DNA of 64,000 nucleotides from an uncultured archaeon. Lineage in GTDB: Archaea > Iainarchaeota > Iainarchaeia > Iainarchaeales > GCA-2688035. The stretch lies in contig CAYHBD010000010.1 in assembly GCA_964354805.1 (NCBI GenBank), forward strand, positions 1 through 64,000, read 5' to 3'. The translations under genes and the position numbers were made by a program. The notes under the pieces were generated by a model. It did no database searches, was not told the DNA's origin, and worked only from the letters and a program-made list of their open reading frames with translations. Below, piece by piece: positions 36,307 through 45,262 of this stretch. The stretch's first letter is position 1; each line of letters begins with the position of its first letter.

Positions 36307-36722
36307 TCGCTTTTCAATTTTATGCCAAGCGCTTTTTCCAGCTTTGCAATCAATGCATCGTTTGGCTTTATCGCCTGGGCCTCTATCCTGTGCAGTAATG
36401 ATTCCTTTTCAAAAACCCTTGCAGCCAATTCCTGCACAGTGAGCTGTTTTTGCTCTCTTGCCTTTCTAATCCTTGCACCGAAATCAGGCACAATGTCCAG
36501 GCCCAAATTAAATTCTTCCCTTTCATAAAATGGCTGACCAATTGTTTGGGCCGGCTTTGCGGCAGATTGCCAAGGCACATTAGCAGGAGCAGCTGTTGGC
36601 CCAGCCAAAGGCTTTTTCTCCGTTCCAAAGGCAACGCATTCAGAGCAGACAATCAGCATGCTGCCATCCAACTCAATTGTTCTGCCTTTTCCTGCCTCAG
36701 CACCGCAAATCTCGCACTGCAT
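36303..36722 (-). CDS. mbf1: Archaeal multiprotein bridging factor 1 (Zn ribbon + HTH)
   Basis: MQCEICG...VCSEC; IRKARE...ELA...KLEKALGIKL. Confidence 0.9.
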   Translation of the reverse strand: MQCEICGAEAGKGRTIELDGSMLIVCSECVAFGTEKKPLAGPTAAPANVPWQSAAKPAQTIGQPFYEREEFNLGLDIVPDFGARIRKAREQKQLTVQELAARVFEKESLLHRIEAQAIKPNDALIAKLEKALGIKLKSE

Positions 36723-37178
36723 GTGATTGAATAAGGGAAAGAAATTTTATTAAAACAAAGAGTAAAATGAAATGGGCAATCAATTTCAAGTGAGCCTTTT
36801 AAGCAGCTTTTCTTTTCTTTGAAGGATTCTCTTAGTTTTGTCTTCTTTTGCTTGAGCTTCTTGCAGCGATTTTAGAGTCCCTTCTGAGCTTCCAAATCTA
36901 AGGTCAGTCCATATCCCTTGCACTCTTTCATGCATTTGTCTATGTACAGCTGTACTCTGTTGAGCCATTGCAAGAGCCTGCTTCAAACCAGGCATTCGGT
37001 TCTCAAGGCGCCGCCTTATTTTTCTTTTCACACAAGAGCGCCTTACAGCAGCGCTGGCTCTTCTTACAATGCCCATTTCAAACACAACAACACAGGTTCT
37101 TGTATTAATTTTTGTTTAACCATATTAATAAATTTTCCCTCAAGCACTGCATGAGATTGAATAAAGGAAAGAAATTTT
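36714..37178. repeat. 35-bp direct repeats (36714-36748, 37144-37178) flanking an orphan ORF
   Basis: GCACTGCATG(T/A)GATTGAATAA(G/A)GGAAAGAAATTTT; includes the mbf1 start codon. Confidence 0.8.
36786..37085 (-). CDS. Basic orphan protein
   Basis: MGIVRRASAAVRRSCVKRKIRRR N-terminus (start 37085 or 37076). Confidence 0.5.
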   Translation of the reverse strand: MFEMGIVRRASAAVRRSCVKRKIRRRLENRMPGLKQALAMAQQSTAVHRQMHERVQGIWTDLRFGSSEGTLKSLQEAQAKEDKTKRILQRKEKLLKRLT

Positions 37179-37196
37179 TTAAACAGAATGCAGGAA

Positions 37197-37646
37197 TCAG
37201 CTGATTGTTATTTCCCCGCTGCAGCTGATTGTGGCACTTTTGTTGAATCCAAAGGCATCAGTGTAATTTATTTCAATTGAACTATAACTATGGCTGCCTA
37301 TGGTGCCTGCAATTGGCGTCAAATCAATGTCAATGCCTGGCGCAACACTGCTTGGGCAGCCTGGCACATTTTCAGCAAAGGCATTGCTGCCAGTGCAACT
37401 AATGCCTGTAAGAGCGCCGCCTGTTAAGTTTGTCAGCTTTATTGTTCCAAGCGGCATGGAGTTGACCAATGTTCCGCTCTTGCTTAAATTGTGGGCTTTG
37501 AACATTATTTTTGTTGGCTCACTGCTGCTGCAAACTATCTCGGCTTGCAGGGCCGAACCAATGGCAGCAGAGGGCGGAGGCTGCGCAGTGCAGCCGAAAA
37601 GCAAAAAGAGCGCAAAAGCGCTTGCAAGCAATAAAATAAGCTTCAT
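37197..37646 (-). CDS. Lipoprotein with beta-rich extracellular domain
   Basis: Lipobox LLFGC; CSSSEPTKI...KLTNLTG...TISC shared with 51188-51772. Confidence 0.65.
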   Translation of the reverse strand: MKLILLLASAFALFLLFGCTAQPPPSAAIGSALQAEIVCSSSEPTKIMFKAHNLSKSGTLVNSMPLGTIKLTNLTGGALTGISCTGSNAFAENVPGCPSSVAPGIDIDLTPIAGTIGSHSYSSIEINYTDAFGFNKSATISCSGEITIS

Positions 37647-37701
37647 TAGAAACAGCAAAATAACGCTTTTCATGTTTTTAATTATTTCTGCGATGGCTTT
37701 G

Positions 37702-38256
37702 TCAATTACCCCTGCTGATAGCAGCCAATACTTTCTGTGCAGCATCTCTTACTTCCATTTTTTGGTCATTTTTCATCTCTTCAAGAAATTTTATTACCTT
37801 CAAATCTGCTGAAAGTGGTAAATACAATATTGCATATTTTCTTTCAAGTGGGTTATCAAGTTTTTTTATCAGTTCAATCAATTCAGGTAAATGTTGCTTT
37901 TCTCCCAATTGTGCAAGTGCGCCTAAAAGCGATGCTCTTTTCTCTGGCTTTGTCTCTTTTTCCAACAGCTTTATTAGAAAGGGTTTAATTTTTACACCGC
38001 CAGTATCCCTAATTTTGCAAACCCAACCCAGACCATGCGCCCTAATGCCCAAATCATTCCTGCTAAGCTGAAAAACTGTGTTAACTAATGTTTTATGCAT
38101 TCCTCGCATTCCAATTTCTTTTGCAAAGTTTGCCCTTTCTTTCCGAGCAGCTGTTATGTTTGCCCTTTCTTTCCGAGCAGCTATTCTTAGAGATTGAATA
38201 ATTGCACTTCGAGCTGTTTGCCCTAACCGACCAGAGGACTTTCGCGCCCTAACCAT
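37702..38256 (-). CDS. HEAT-repeat protein with basic N-terminus
   Basis: LIKLL..E...RAS..AL..LG; ND...EVRDAA..VL; internal AARKERAN x2 (25-bp exact DNA repeat, period 30). Confidence 0.65.
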   Translation of the reverse strand: MVRARKSSGRLGQTARSAIIQSLRIAARKERANITAARKERANFAKEIGMRGMHKTLVNTVFQLSRNDLGIRAHGLGWVCKIRDTGGVKIKPFLIKLLEKETKPEKRASLLGALAQLGEKQHLPELIELIKKLDNPLERKYAILYLPLSADLKVIKFLEEMKNDQKMEVRDAAQKVLAAISRGN

Positions 38257-38474
38257 ATTCCACCATAGGAAATAAGATTACCAATTATTTTAAAAGCAAA
38301 AAGGAATTAGGGAAGGAAAGGGTTTGGAAACCGTTTCCTTCACAACTAATAGAATTGGTTTGAACTTATGGCAAATGACTTTAATTTTTGAACATTTTAC
38401 TGCCATTTGCTATTTGTAAAAGACATTTTTTGTCCAATTATTTATGTCTTTTACTATAAGTATCTGCTCAACAT

Positions 38475-39095
38475 TTATTGCCGAAAAAACTTTTTTTTAT
38501 AGTATTCTTCATTTTTAGCCCGGCTATTTTTTATTCCTGCTTCTTTTAGCCGTGCACAAAGTTTTTCCATGGGCAATCCTACAATGTTGGTGTAGCTTCC
38601 TTCGATTTTTTCTATTAAAAATTTTCCTTTTCCTTGTATTGCGTATGCTCCCGCCATATCCCTGGGTTCGCGTGTTGCAATGTAATCAGTTATTTCTTTT
38701 TCACTCAGTTTTTTGAATTTTACTTTTGTTTTTTCAAAATCAACAATTTGTTTTTTTGTATTTGTTTCGACAAGTGCGATTCCAGTGTAAACCGAGTGCC
38801 ATTTTCCACTAAAGCCTTTTAACATTTTTTTTGCGTCTTCAGCATTTTTTGGTTTTCCAATTAACTTGTTTTCAAAGAAAACAATTGTGTCAGCGCCAAT
38901 AATCAAAGAATTTGTAAACTTGTTTGCTAGTGCCATTGCTTTCATCAAAGCATTTTTTTGCGCTATTTGTTCTATAGACAAGTCATTCAATTCATTGATT
39001 TCTTTGACATTTGCAGGAACAATAATAAAGTCCAAGCGAATCTTTCTTAACAAATCAGCCCTTCTAGGAGAACCAGAAGCCAAAATAACTCTCAT
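38475..39095 (-). CDS. maf: Maf family nucleoside triphosphate pyrophosphatase
   Basis: ILASGSPRR, IGADTIV, GKP, AGAYAIQG, GLP. Confidence 0.93.
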   Translation of the reverse strand: MRVILASGSPRRADLLRKIRLDFIIVPANVKEINELNDLSIEQIAQKNALMKAMALANKFTNSLIIGADTIVFFENKLIGKPKNAEDAKKMLKGFSGKWHSVYTGIALVETNTKKQIVDFEKTKVKFKKLSEKEITDYIATREPRDMAGAYAIQGKGKFLIEKIEGSYTNIVGLPMEKLCARLKEAGIKNSRAKNEEYYKKKFFRQ

Positions 39096-39150
39096 TGGAA
39101 TAATTCCCCAAATTCAACTTCTTATGCCGACTAACAATAACCTCCAACAT

Positions 39151-39969
39151 TTACTTCACTCCCTGCCTCAAATGCTGTTTAAGCAATTTTATTGCTTCTT
39201 CCACTGTTTTGTTCTTGTGGACAACAGCGCAAACCGCTTTGACAAAAGCCGTTGGATTCTCATGCTGGAAACTGTTCCTTCCCATCGCAACCCCTGCGCC
39301 GCCTGCTTTAATGCTTTCCTCAATCATTTTGAGAGTCTGTATTTCATCTGCCTTGCTTCCGCCTGCGATAATTACTGGCACTGGGCAGCCTTCAACCACT
39401 TCCTTAAAAGATTCAACACTGCCAGTATAATTGGTTTTCACTATATCTGCTCCCAGCTCTGCTGCAGTTCTTACTATGTGTTTTATAATTTCCACATTTT
39501 TATCATCTTTTGCATACATGCCCTTTGGGTAAGCCATTACAAGCAATGGGATACCCCACTCTCTGCATTGCAGTGAAACCATTGCAACATCATGCAGCAT
39601 CTCTGGCTCGGTTTTTGAACCAATGTTCAACTGCATTGAAACTGCATCTGCTCCAAGCTTCAAGGCATGCTGCACTGTATTTACCATGACACGCCTTTCC
39701 GTGTCAATAGCAAGGTTTGTTCCAGCATTCAAGTGCAAAATTAATCCAATATCTTTGCCGTAGCCTCTTAGCCCGCTCAGCGCAGAGCCTACATGCAAAA
39801 CAACTGCGTTTGCCCCCCCTTTTGCCACTGCATCAACGATTTTTGGTATGTCCACAAGCCCTTTTATTGGGCCATATGCAACAGGATGATCCAATGGAAT
39901 TATGACTGTTCTCTTTGTTTCCCTGTCTGTTATCCGCTCTAATCTTATTTCTTTTCCCATTCCGGACAT
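39151..39969 (-). CDS. Class I aldolase, DhnA family, ADH synthase (AroA'/MJ0400)-like
   Basis: GKEIRLERI, PLDH, AAELGADIVKT, AGG, GRN. Confidence 0.85.
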   Translation of the reverse strand: MSGMGKEIRLERITDRETKRTVIIPLDHPVAYGPIKGLVDIPKIVDAVAKGGANAVVLHVGSALSGLRGYGKDIGLILHLNAGTNLAIDTERRVMVNTVQHALKLGADAVSMQLNIGSKTEPEMLHDVAMVSLQCREWGIPLLVMAYPKGMYAKDDKNVEIIKHIVRTAAELGADIVKTNYTGSVESFKEVVEGCPVPVIIAGGSKADEIQTLKMIEESIKAGGAGVAMGRNSFQHENPTAFVKAVCAVVHKNKTVEEAIKLLKQHLRQGVK

Positions 39970-40023
39970 TCAGTAACCCCCTTTCTTGCTTTTTAATCAA
40001 TGCATAAATACATTTTTATTTGC

Positions 40024-40638
40024 TTAGGCTTTTTCTATCCTTCTTATCACGCAAACCATATCATCAGATTTGTGCCTCACTTGGTAGTATTCGACCACAT
40101 TGAATGACTCTAGGATATCGTTCACCCATTTGTCAATGCTCCACAAATTTCTATAAATGCCATCTCCTTCAAATTGCTTAATGTTTGATTCTGAAAGTAT
40201 GGGTAGACCAAATATGATGTAGTCTGCCAGCTTTAACTGCTTTTCCAGCAGTTCAACAATCTGCTTTTTTTCAAAGTGCTCTATGACGCCGTGGTGAGTG
40301 CAGGCATCAAAGCTGTTTGGCTTGAAATTTTCGTCGATTTTGAAAGCGTCTGCTTGCATGAAGCAAATGTCCTTTCCAAAGTTTCTGCCATTCATGCGTG
40401 CTATCTCCAATACCTTTGCATCCAGTTCAGCGGCAGTTACTTTGAAACCAAATGTTGAAAGGCATATTGCAAGTCTCGCTCCACCACATCCAACTTCAAG
40501 CAGTTTTGCGGGTGGCTTCGCATATTTCAGCACGGTATTATAATAGGGCTTGTAGATGGCCATGTATTCCTTGAACCGTTCTTCGTTTAGAATTCTTTTT
40601 TTGTAGTATTCAAGCCACTCGTTTTTATTCCATCCCAT
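40024..40638 (-). CDS. Class I SAM-dependent methyltransferase
   Basis: LLEVGCGGA; GVIEHF. Confidence 0.85.
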   Translation of the reverse strand: MGWNKNEWLEYYKKRILNEERFKEYMAIYKPYYNTVLKYAKPPAKLLEVGCGGARLAICLSTFGFKVTAAELDAKVLEIARMNGRNFGKDICFMQADAFKIDENFKPNSFDACTHHGVIEHFEKKQIVELLEKQLKLADYIIFGLPILSESNIKQFEGDGIYRNLWSIDKWVNDILESFNVVEYYQVRHKSDDMVCVIRRIEKA

Positions 40639-41440
40639 TTTTTACGCCCCTGATTTCTCTTCTAAAATTTTGCACAAGTTCTGATGCTGTTCTTGATAAA
40701 ATTACAGCATCTGCTCCAAGGCTTACAAAGCAGTACCCTTTGTCATAATACGATTTTGCTTCTTTCCAAGAAGAAGCCGCTCTTCCAAGAGCAACATTTG
40801 CAACCTTTGCGGCTTCTTCGACTTTGCTTATGGCAGACTGCACTTCTTTGTGGTCTTTGTCTCCAATGTGACCCATTTCAGCTGAAAGATCTGTTGGCCC
40901 AATAAAAATAGCATCGATGCTTTCAACCGTTAGGATGCTGGCAATGTTGTCAACTGCCTCAATTGTTTCAATTTGCAAAATAACTGCAATATCTTCATTG
41001 GCTGTTTTAACATACTTGCCCGCATCTAAGCCATAGGATACTGCCCTTGTAATAGTTGAAGCCACCCCCCGGCAGCCAAGCGGCGGATACTTGCATGCAG
41101 CGACGGCTTCTAGTGCCTCTTTTCTGTTGCTAATTGACGGAATTACGATGCCGTTTACCCCTATGTCAAGCACTCGCTTAATTGCGGTTTTGCTGTTTTC
41201 AGGGACTCTCGCCAAGCAAGCGCAATCTGCAGCGTTTATTGCCTGAGCTTGCGACAACAAGGTCTGAAAATCATTTGGAGCGTGCTCGCAGTCTATTAAG
41301 AGCCAGTCAAAACCAGCAAGTGCCATTGTTTCTGCAACTGCATTGCTTCCTGTAACCAGCCAAGCTCCACATGTTTTTTCCATAGCTTGCAATGATTGCT
41401 TTATACCACTGCCTTTGGAGAAAGCCATCTTTTCACCCAT
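40625..41440 (-). CDS. HpcH/HpaI family aldolase
   Basis: GFDWLLIDCEH, KYPPLGCRG, QIET, FIGPTDLS. Confidence 0.9.
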   Translation of the reverse strand: MGEKMAFSKGSGIKQSLQAMEKTCGAWLVTGSNAVAETMALAGFDWLLIDCEHAPNDFQTLLSQAQAINAADCACLARVPENSKTAIKRVLDIGVNGIVIPSISNRKEALEAVAACKYPPLGCRGVASTITRAVSYGLDAGKYVKTANEDIAVILQIETIEAVDNIASILTVESIDAIFIGPTDLSAEMGHIGDKDHKEVQSAISKVEEAAKVANVALGRAASSWKEAKSYYDKGYCFVSLGADAVILSRTASELVQNFRREIRGVKNGME

Positions 41441-42122
41441 TGCCCCTGGATGCCAAATAGGCCTCCTTTTCCCTTAGAATTGCGATATCTGCAAACTTCA
41501 AATGGTTTTTAATAAAACCCTGTTTCCTGTAGAAAATGGTTCTTACAATAACATGACAGATTATCTGCATAACATCTTCAATTATTTGCTGGTCATAGCT
41601 TGGCACAACCCACGACAGGTTAGCCACTTTTGCGATTTTGCCTCCATCGTTTCCAGACAAGGAAACCGTGAAATTTCGCTCTTTTGCATATTTTAAGGCG
41701 TTGAATACATTGTCTGCATTGCCGCTTGCAGAGATTCCTATAACTATGTCGTTTCTCTGCAAAAAATTTCTCAACTGTTCGACAAAGATTTGGTCGTAGT
41801 GCCTGTCATTTGCCAAGCCTGTTAAATGACAAAGGTTTTCATGCAAAGCCAATGCCTTTAACCTTTTTCTGTCTTCAAGCTTGGCGCTTGCATCCCAATT
41901 CAGGTTATGGGCAAAATGTGCTGCAATACTAGCGCTGCCGCCGTTTCCCATGATGTAAACTGTCCCATTTGAATCTCTTGCTTTAAGAATAAGTTCCGCC
42001 AGTACTGCAAACTTTTCAGCCTCCAGAAAGCTAACGGCAGAAATCAGACCCTTTTTGTAATAGTCTACAAACTCCGCATTTTTTGGATAATCCACAAGAT
42101 TTGCTTTTTTCCAATTTTGCAT
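41433..42122 (-). CDS. SIS-domain phosphosugar isomerase (GmhA-like)
   Basis: GNGGSA, AND..YDQIF, GISASGN, IED. Confidence 0.85.
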   Translation of the reverse strand: MQNWKKANLVDYPKNAEFVDYYKKGLISAVSFLEAEKFAVLAELILKARDSNGTVYIMGNGGSASIAAHFAHNLNWDASAKLEDRKRLKALALHENLCHLTGLANDRHYDQIFVEQLRNFLQRNDIVIGISASGNADNVFNALKYAKERNFTVSLSGNDGGKIAKVANLSWVVPSYDQQIIEDVMQIICHVIVRTIFYRKQGFIKNHLKFADIAILREKEAYLASRGNG

Positions 42123-42378
42123 CTTCACCACTTCAACAACCAAAAATGCCTTTTATAAGGTCTCTTTGAACGCAGGCACAAATTGTTTCTTTGATGCTTT
42201 AGTTTCCATTTTCTCAATCCCTTTTTTTAATTTTTTGGTTGTGTCCGCTAATTGGTTAACATTTTGTGGTCAGCAATAAATATTATGACCGCCCCCTATG
42301 TTATAAAAGACCAACACGGAGATGGTCAATAATGCTAACCCTTAAAGGAAATATAATGGTATATGATAACTTAAATCT

Positions 42379-42597
42379 GTACGTGTTTAGCTCTTGAGGT
42401 GGACCAGTAGCTGGTTGTAGGGGTTGAGTCCGCGTTGTTCCCACGTGATTATGAGGCTTGTCAATATATCGTGGTTTTTGGTCCCTTTTTTTGTTTCGAA
42501 GACAACCATAGATTTTTCGTTGTACCACCGTTTCTCGCAATGCTCGTTCTGCTTTGTTGTTGGTTGTTTCTGTGTCTATAGCGAAACTATTATACAT
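42379..42597 (-). pseudogene. IS66-family transposase C-terminal remnant with terminal IR
   Basis: TNNKAERALR..VVQRKI.G; frameshift in the T-run near 42486-42492; end GTACGTGTTTAG at 42379. Confidence 0.7.
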
Positions 42598-42617
42598 TTG
42601 AACTTTCTTATTATTGC

Positions 42618-43103
42618 ATGACTTGGAATTTGACTCGTGGTAAAGAGTTTCTGCCGGATTTTTCTCTTAACGAGTTGAAACAATACGCTACGGCAGAGAA
42701 GAAAGCGCAACCGCGTTTGCGGTTGTTGGTTGCATTAAACCGAAAAGAAGGAAAAAGCATTGACCAGATTGCAGACACAGCTGGGTTGCACAGGCGTGCA
42801 GTGCATGATATTTTGCATCGTTTTGAGGAGCATGGCATCCAAGCTGCCGAGTCTTTGCCAAAATCTGGGCGGCACAATCGCTTGGCTGTTAGCCAGTTAA
42901 AAGACTTGAAGAAACGATTGTTGAAGTCGCCGAAAGCCAGTGGCTTTGATGAAGGTTTTTGGAACAGGTGCATGGTTCGACAACTCATTCGCCGACAGTA
43001 CAGCGTACGCTTTTGTAAAAGCTGGATACTACAACTATTGACTCGGCTCGGTTTTTCATACAAAAAAACCTGTGCAGGCAATTTGGCTGAAAATTTTCCG
43101 TAA
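42618..43103 (+). pseudogene. IS630-family transposase N-terminal HTH fragment (no DDE domain)
   Basis: RLRLLVAL...IAD...SGR...P...GF..GFW...LLTRLGFSYKK, then truncated. Confidence 0.8.
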
Positions 43104-43142
43104 AAAACCCTTTTTAATTTGTTTTGCGCTCCATTTCTGCTT

Positions 43143-44168
43143 ATGGGAACTGCAATTGGCGAACTGCTGCAGAAAGAGGAAATCGACCTGAATTTTTTGA
43201 GCGGGAGAAAGGTTGGAATTGACAGCTTCAATATCCTGTACCAGTTTCTTTCAAGCATAAGAAGCCATGACGGCACTCCATTAATGGACAGCAAGGGAAG
43301 GATAACCTCGCACCTTACCGGGCTATTATATAGAACAATAAACCTGCTTGAGGCAGGGGCAAAGCCTGTTTTTGTTTTTGACGGAAAGCCCCACGAACTG
43401 AAAGGCGAAACCATAAGGGAAAGGCACAAGATAAGGACAGAGGCAAAAAAGAAGTTTGAGAAAGCGAAAAAAGAGGGCAAAATGGAAGAGGCAAGAAAGT
43501 ATGCCCAGCAGGCTGTTCAGCTTAAGGGCGAAATGATTGATGATGCAAAAAAGCTGGTTGAATTAATGGGTCTGCCTGTTGTCCAGGCTCCGAGCGAGGG
43601 CGAGGCCCAGATTGCAGCAATGGTTGAAAAAGGAGATTTGTATGGGTGCATTTCACAGGACTTTGATGCGCTTTTGTTCGGCACACCAAAGCTACTGCGA
43701 AACATTACAGTAAGCGGGAAAAGGAAAGCGCCGGGAAAAGATTTCTATTATGAGATAAAACCAGAGATGATTGAGCTGGAAAAAAATTTGAAAGCGCTTG
43801 GCATTGACAGGAAAAAGCTGATTTGGATTGGCATTCTGATTGGAACAGATTTCAATGAAAAGTTTCCGAAGATCGGCCCCAAAACAGCGCTGCAGCTTGT
43901 TCAAAAGCACAAAAGCTTTGAGGAAATAATAAAGGAAACAAAGCACCGCCCTGAATTTGATTACAAAGAGATTGAGGAAATTTTTTTGCACCCAAATGCA
44001 ACTGACAAATACGAAATAAAATTTTCTCTGCCCCAAAAAGAAAAAATCCTGAGCTTTTTGTGCGAAGAGCACGATTTCTCGGAAGAGAGGGTTAAAAGCG
44101 CATTAAGCAAGCTGGAGGAAAAGGCCCTGGAAAAAGGAGCGCAGAGCAGATTGAGCCAATGGGGCTAA
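43143..44168 (+). CDS. fen: Flap endonuclease 1
   Basis: YQFLSSIR, FVFDG, APSEGEAQ, SQDFDALLFG, GTDFN; C-terminal PIP box QSRLSQW. Confidence 0.97.
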   Translation: MGTAIGELLQKEEIDLNFLSGRKVGIDSFNILYQFLSSIRSHDGTPLMDSKGRITSHLTGLLYRTINLLEAGAKPVFVFDGKPHELKGETIRERHKIRTEAKKKFEKAKKEGKMEEARKYAQQAVQLKGEMIDDAKKLVELMGLPVVQAPSEGEAQIAAMVEKGDLYGCISQDFDALLFGTPKLLRNITVSGKRKAPGKDFYYEIKPEMIELEKNLKALGIDRKKLIWIGILIGTDFNEKFPKIGPKTALQLVQKHKSFEEIIKETKHRPEFDYKEIEEIFLHPNATDKYEIKFSLPQKEKILSFLCEEHDFSEERVKSALSKLEEKALEKGAQSRLSQWG

Positions 44169-44329
44169 TGCTATCTGTCTCAATCACCCCCCTGCAAAGC
44201 AGATTGGACCAGGGGGGCTAATGCCATATAAATAGCTCAACCATTCGGTTGATTTTTTTCAACCAAACTAATATTAATCGGGTTCAGCACTCTCTTCTTT
44301 AAAGAAGCTGTTAGTGGAGTTGACCTGAA

Positions 44330-45145
44330 CTGAAAGCCAAGAGCGCAATTGCTTTTCTTGCAATCCTGCTGTTATTCAGCGAGTGCTTTGCGCTGCAGGC
44401 AAGCGCTTTTTCTTTCAGCGACCTTTTCTCGATTTTTTTTAAGCCGGGCGCAATTCAAAGCAGCGGAGTTTTTTCCCTTCCGACAGCAAAATCCACGGCT
44501 GAAAAGGATTTGAGCAGCAGCTGCGTTAAATTGCTTAATGCAACCTCGCTTGGAAAAAAATATCTCTCAGCATGGGGCAACGATGAATTGCAGGGCTATT
44601 GCAAATTCCTGAAAGAGTTCCCATCAGGTTTTGGAAATGCCGTGATTAATGTAATGAAAAAAGAGTGGTACACGGACAGCTTGGTAAAACAAGCAGTTGA
44701 ATTAGACAGCGCTGGCGATTTCAAGAATTTTTTCAAGAAAGGCCACCCAATGACAATCATCAAGGACAGGTACAATCCAAGCAAAAGCAAAAAAGTGGAT
44801 GGCCTTTTTGATGTTGGGAGCAGGGAGAATTACATTAAAGCAAGGGCAGTGAGCACTGAACTGCGCAAATGGGAAGATTTGAAAAACGCAATCCTTTCAG
44901 AAGCCGAATACTTCAAATACAGCCCTTTGGGCGGGCGCTATGACAACACCATTGTAATAGAGCTTAGGAAGGGAACAAAGCTTGACACCAAAGCACTGCA
45001 GCAGGCAATATGGTTTGCGTACGAGGAAGACAGATTGAAGATGATCAACATCTCAAGAGTTGGAGTATACGATGCCAAAAAAGACAGCGTGCTCCTCTAT
45101 GACAAAGAAGACTGGGAATGGAACGCAAGAACAGTGAAAGACTGA
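44330..45145 (+). CDS. Secreted hypothetical protein
   Basis: Frame is open upstream of the ORF-track start and encodes a signal peptide (LKAKSAIAFLAILLLFSECFALQASA) from CTG at 44330. Confidence 0.55.
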   Translation: MKAKSAIAFLAILLLFSECFALQASAFSFSDLFSIFFKPGAIQSSGVFSLPTAKSTAEKDLSSSCVKLLNATSLGKKYLSAWGNDELQGYCKFLKEFPSGFGNAVINVMKKEWYTDSLVKQAVELDSAGDFKNFFKKGHPMTIIKDRYNPSKSKKVDGLFDVGSRENYIKARAVSTELRKWEDLKNAILSEAEYFKYSPLGGRYDNTIVIELRKGTKLDTKALQQAIWFAYEEDRLKMINISRVGVYDAKKDSVLLYDKEDWEWNARTVKD

Positions 45146-45262
45146 TACAGCAACCGAATGAAGATGAAAAAATAACCAACTTTTTTAAGAGTAACAACCG
45201 CTGCTGAAACAAAGTCTTTTATTCATTTTCTTGAGGGAATTAGTTTAGGTGTTGGGGGTTGA

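Noticed and set aside
42301-43103. Active composite transposon
   Set aside because: Both transposases are fragments from different families and no complete catalytic domain is present
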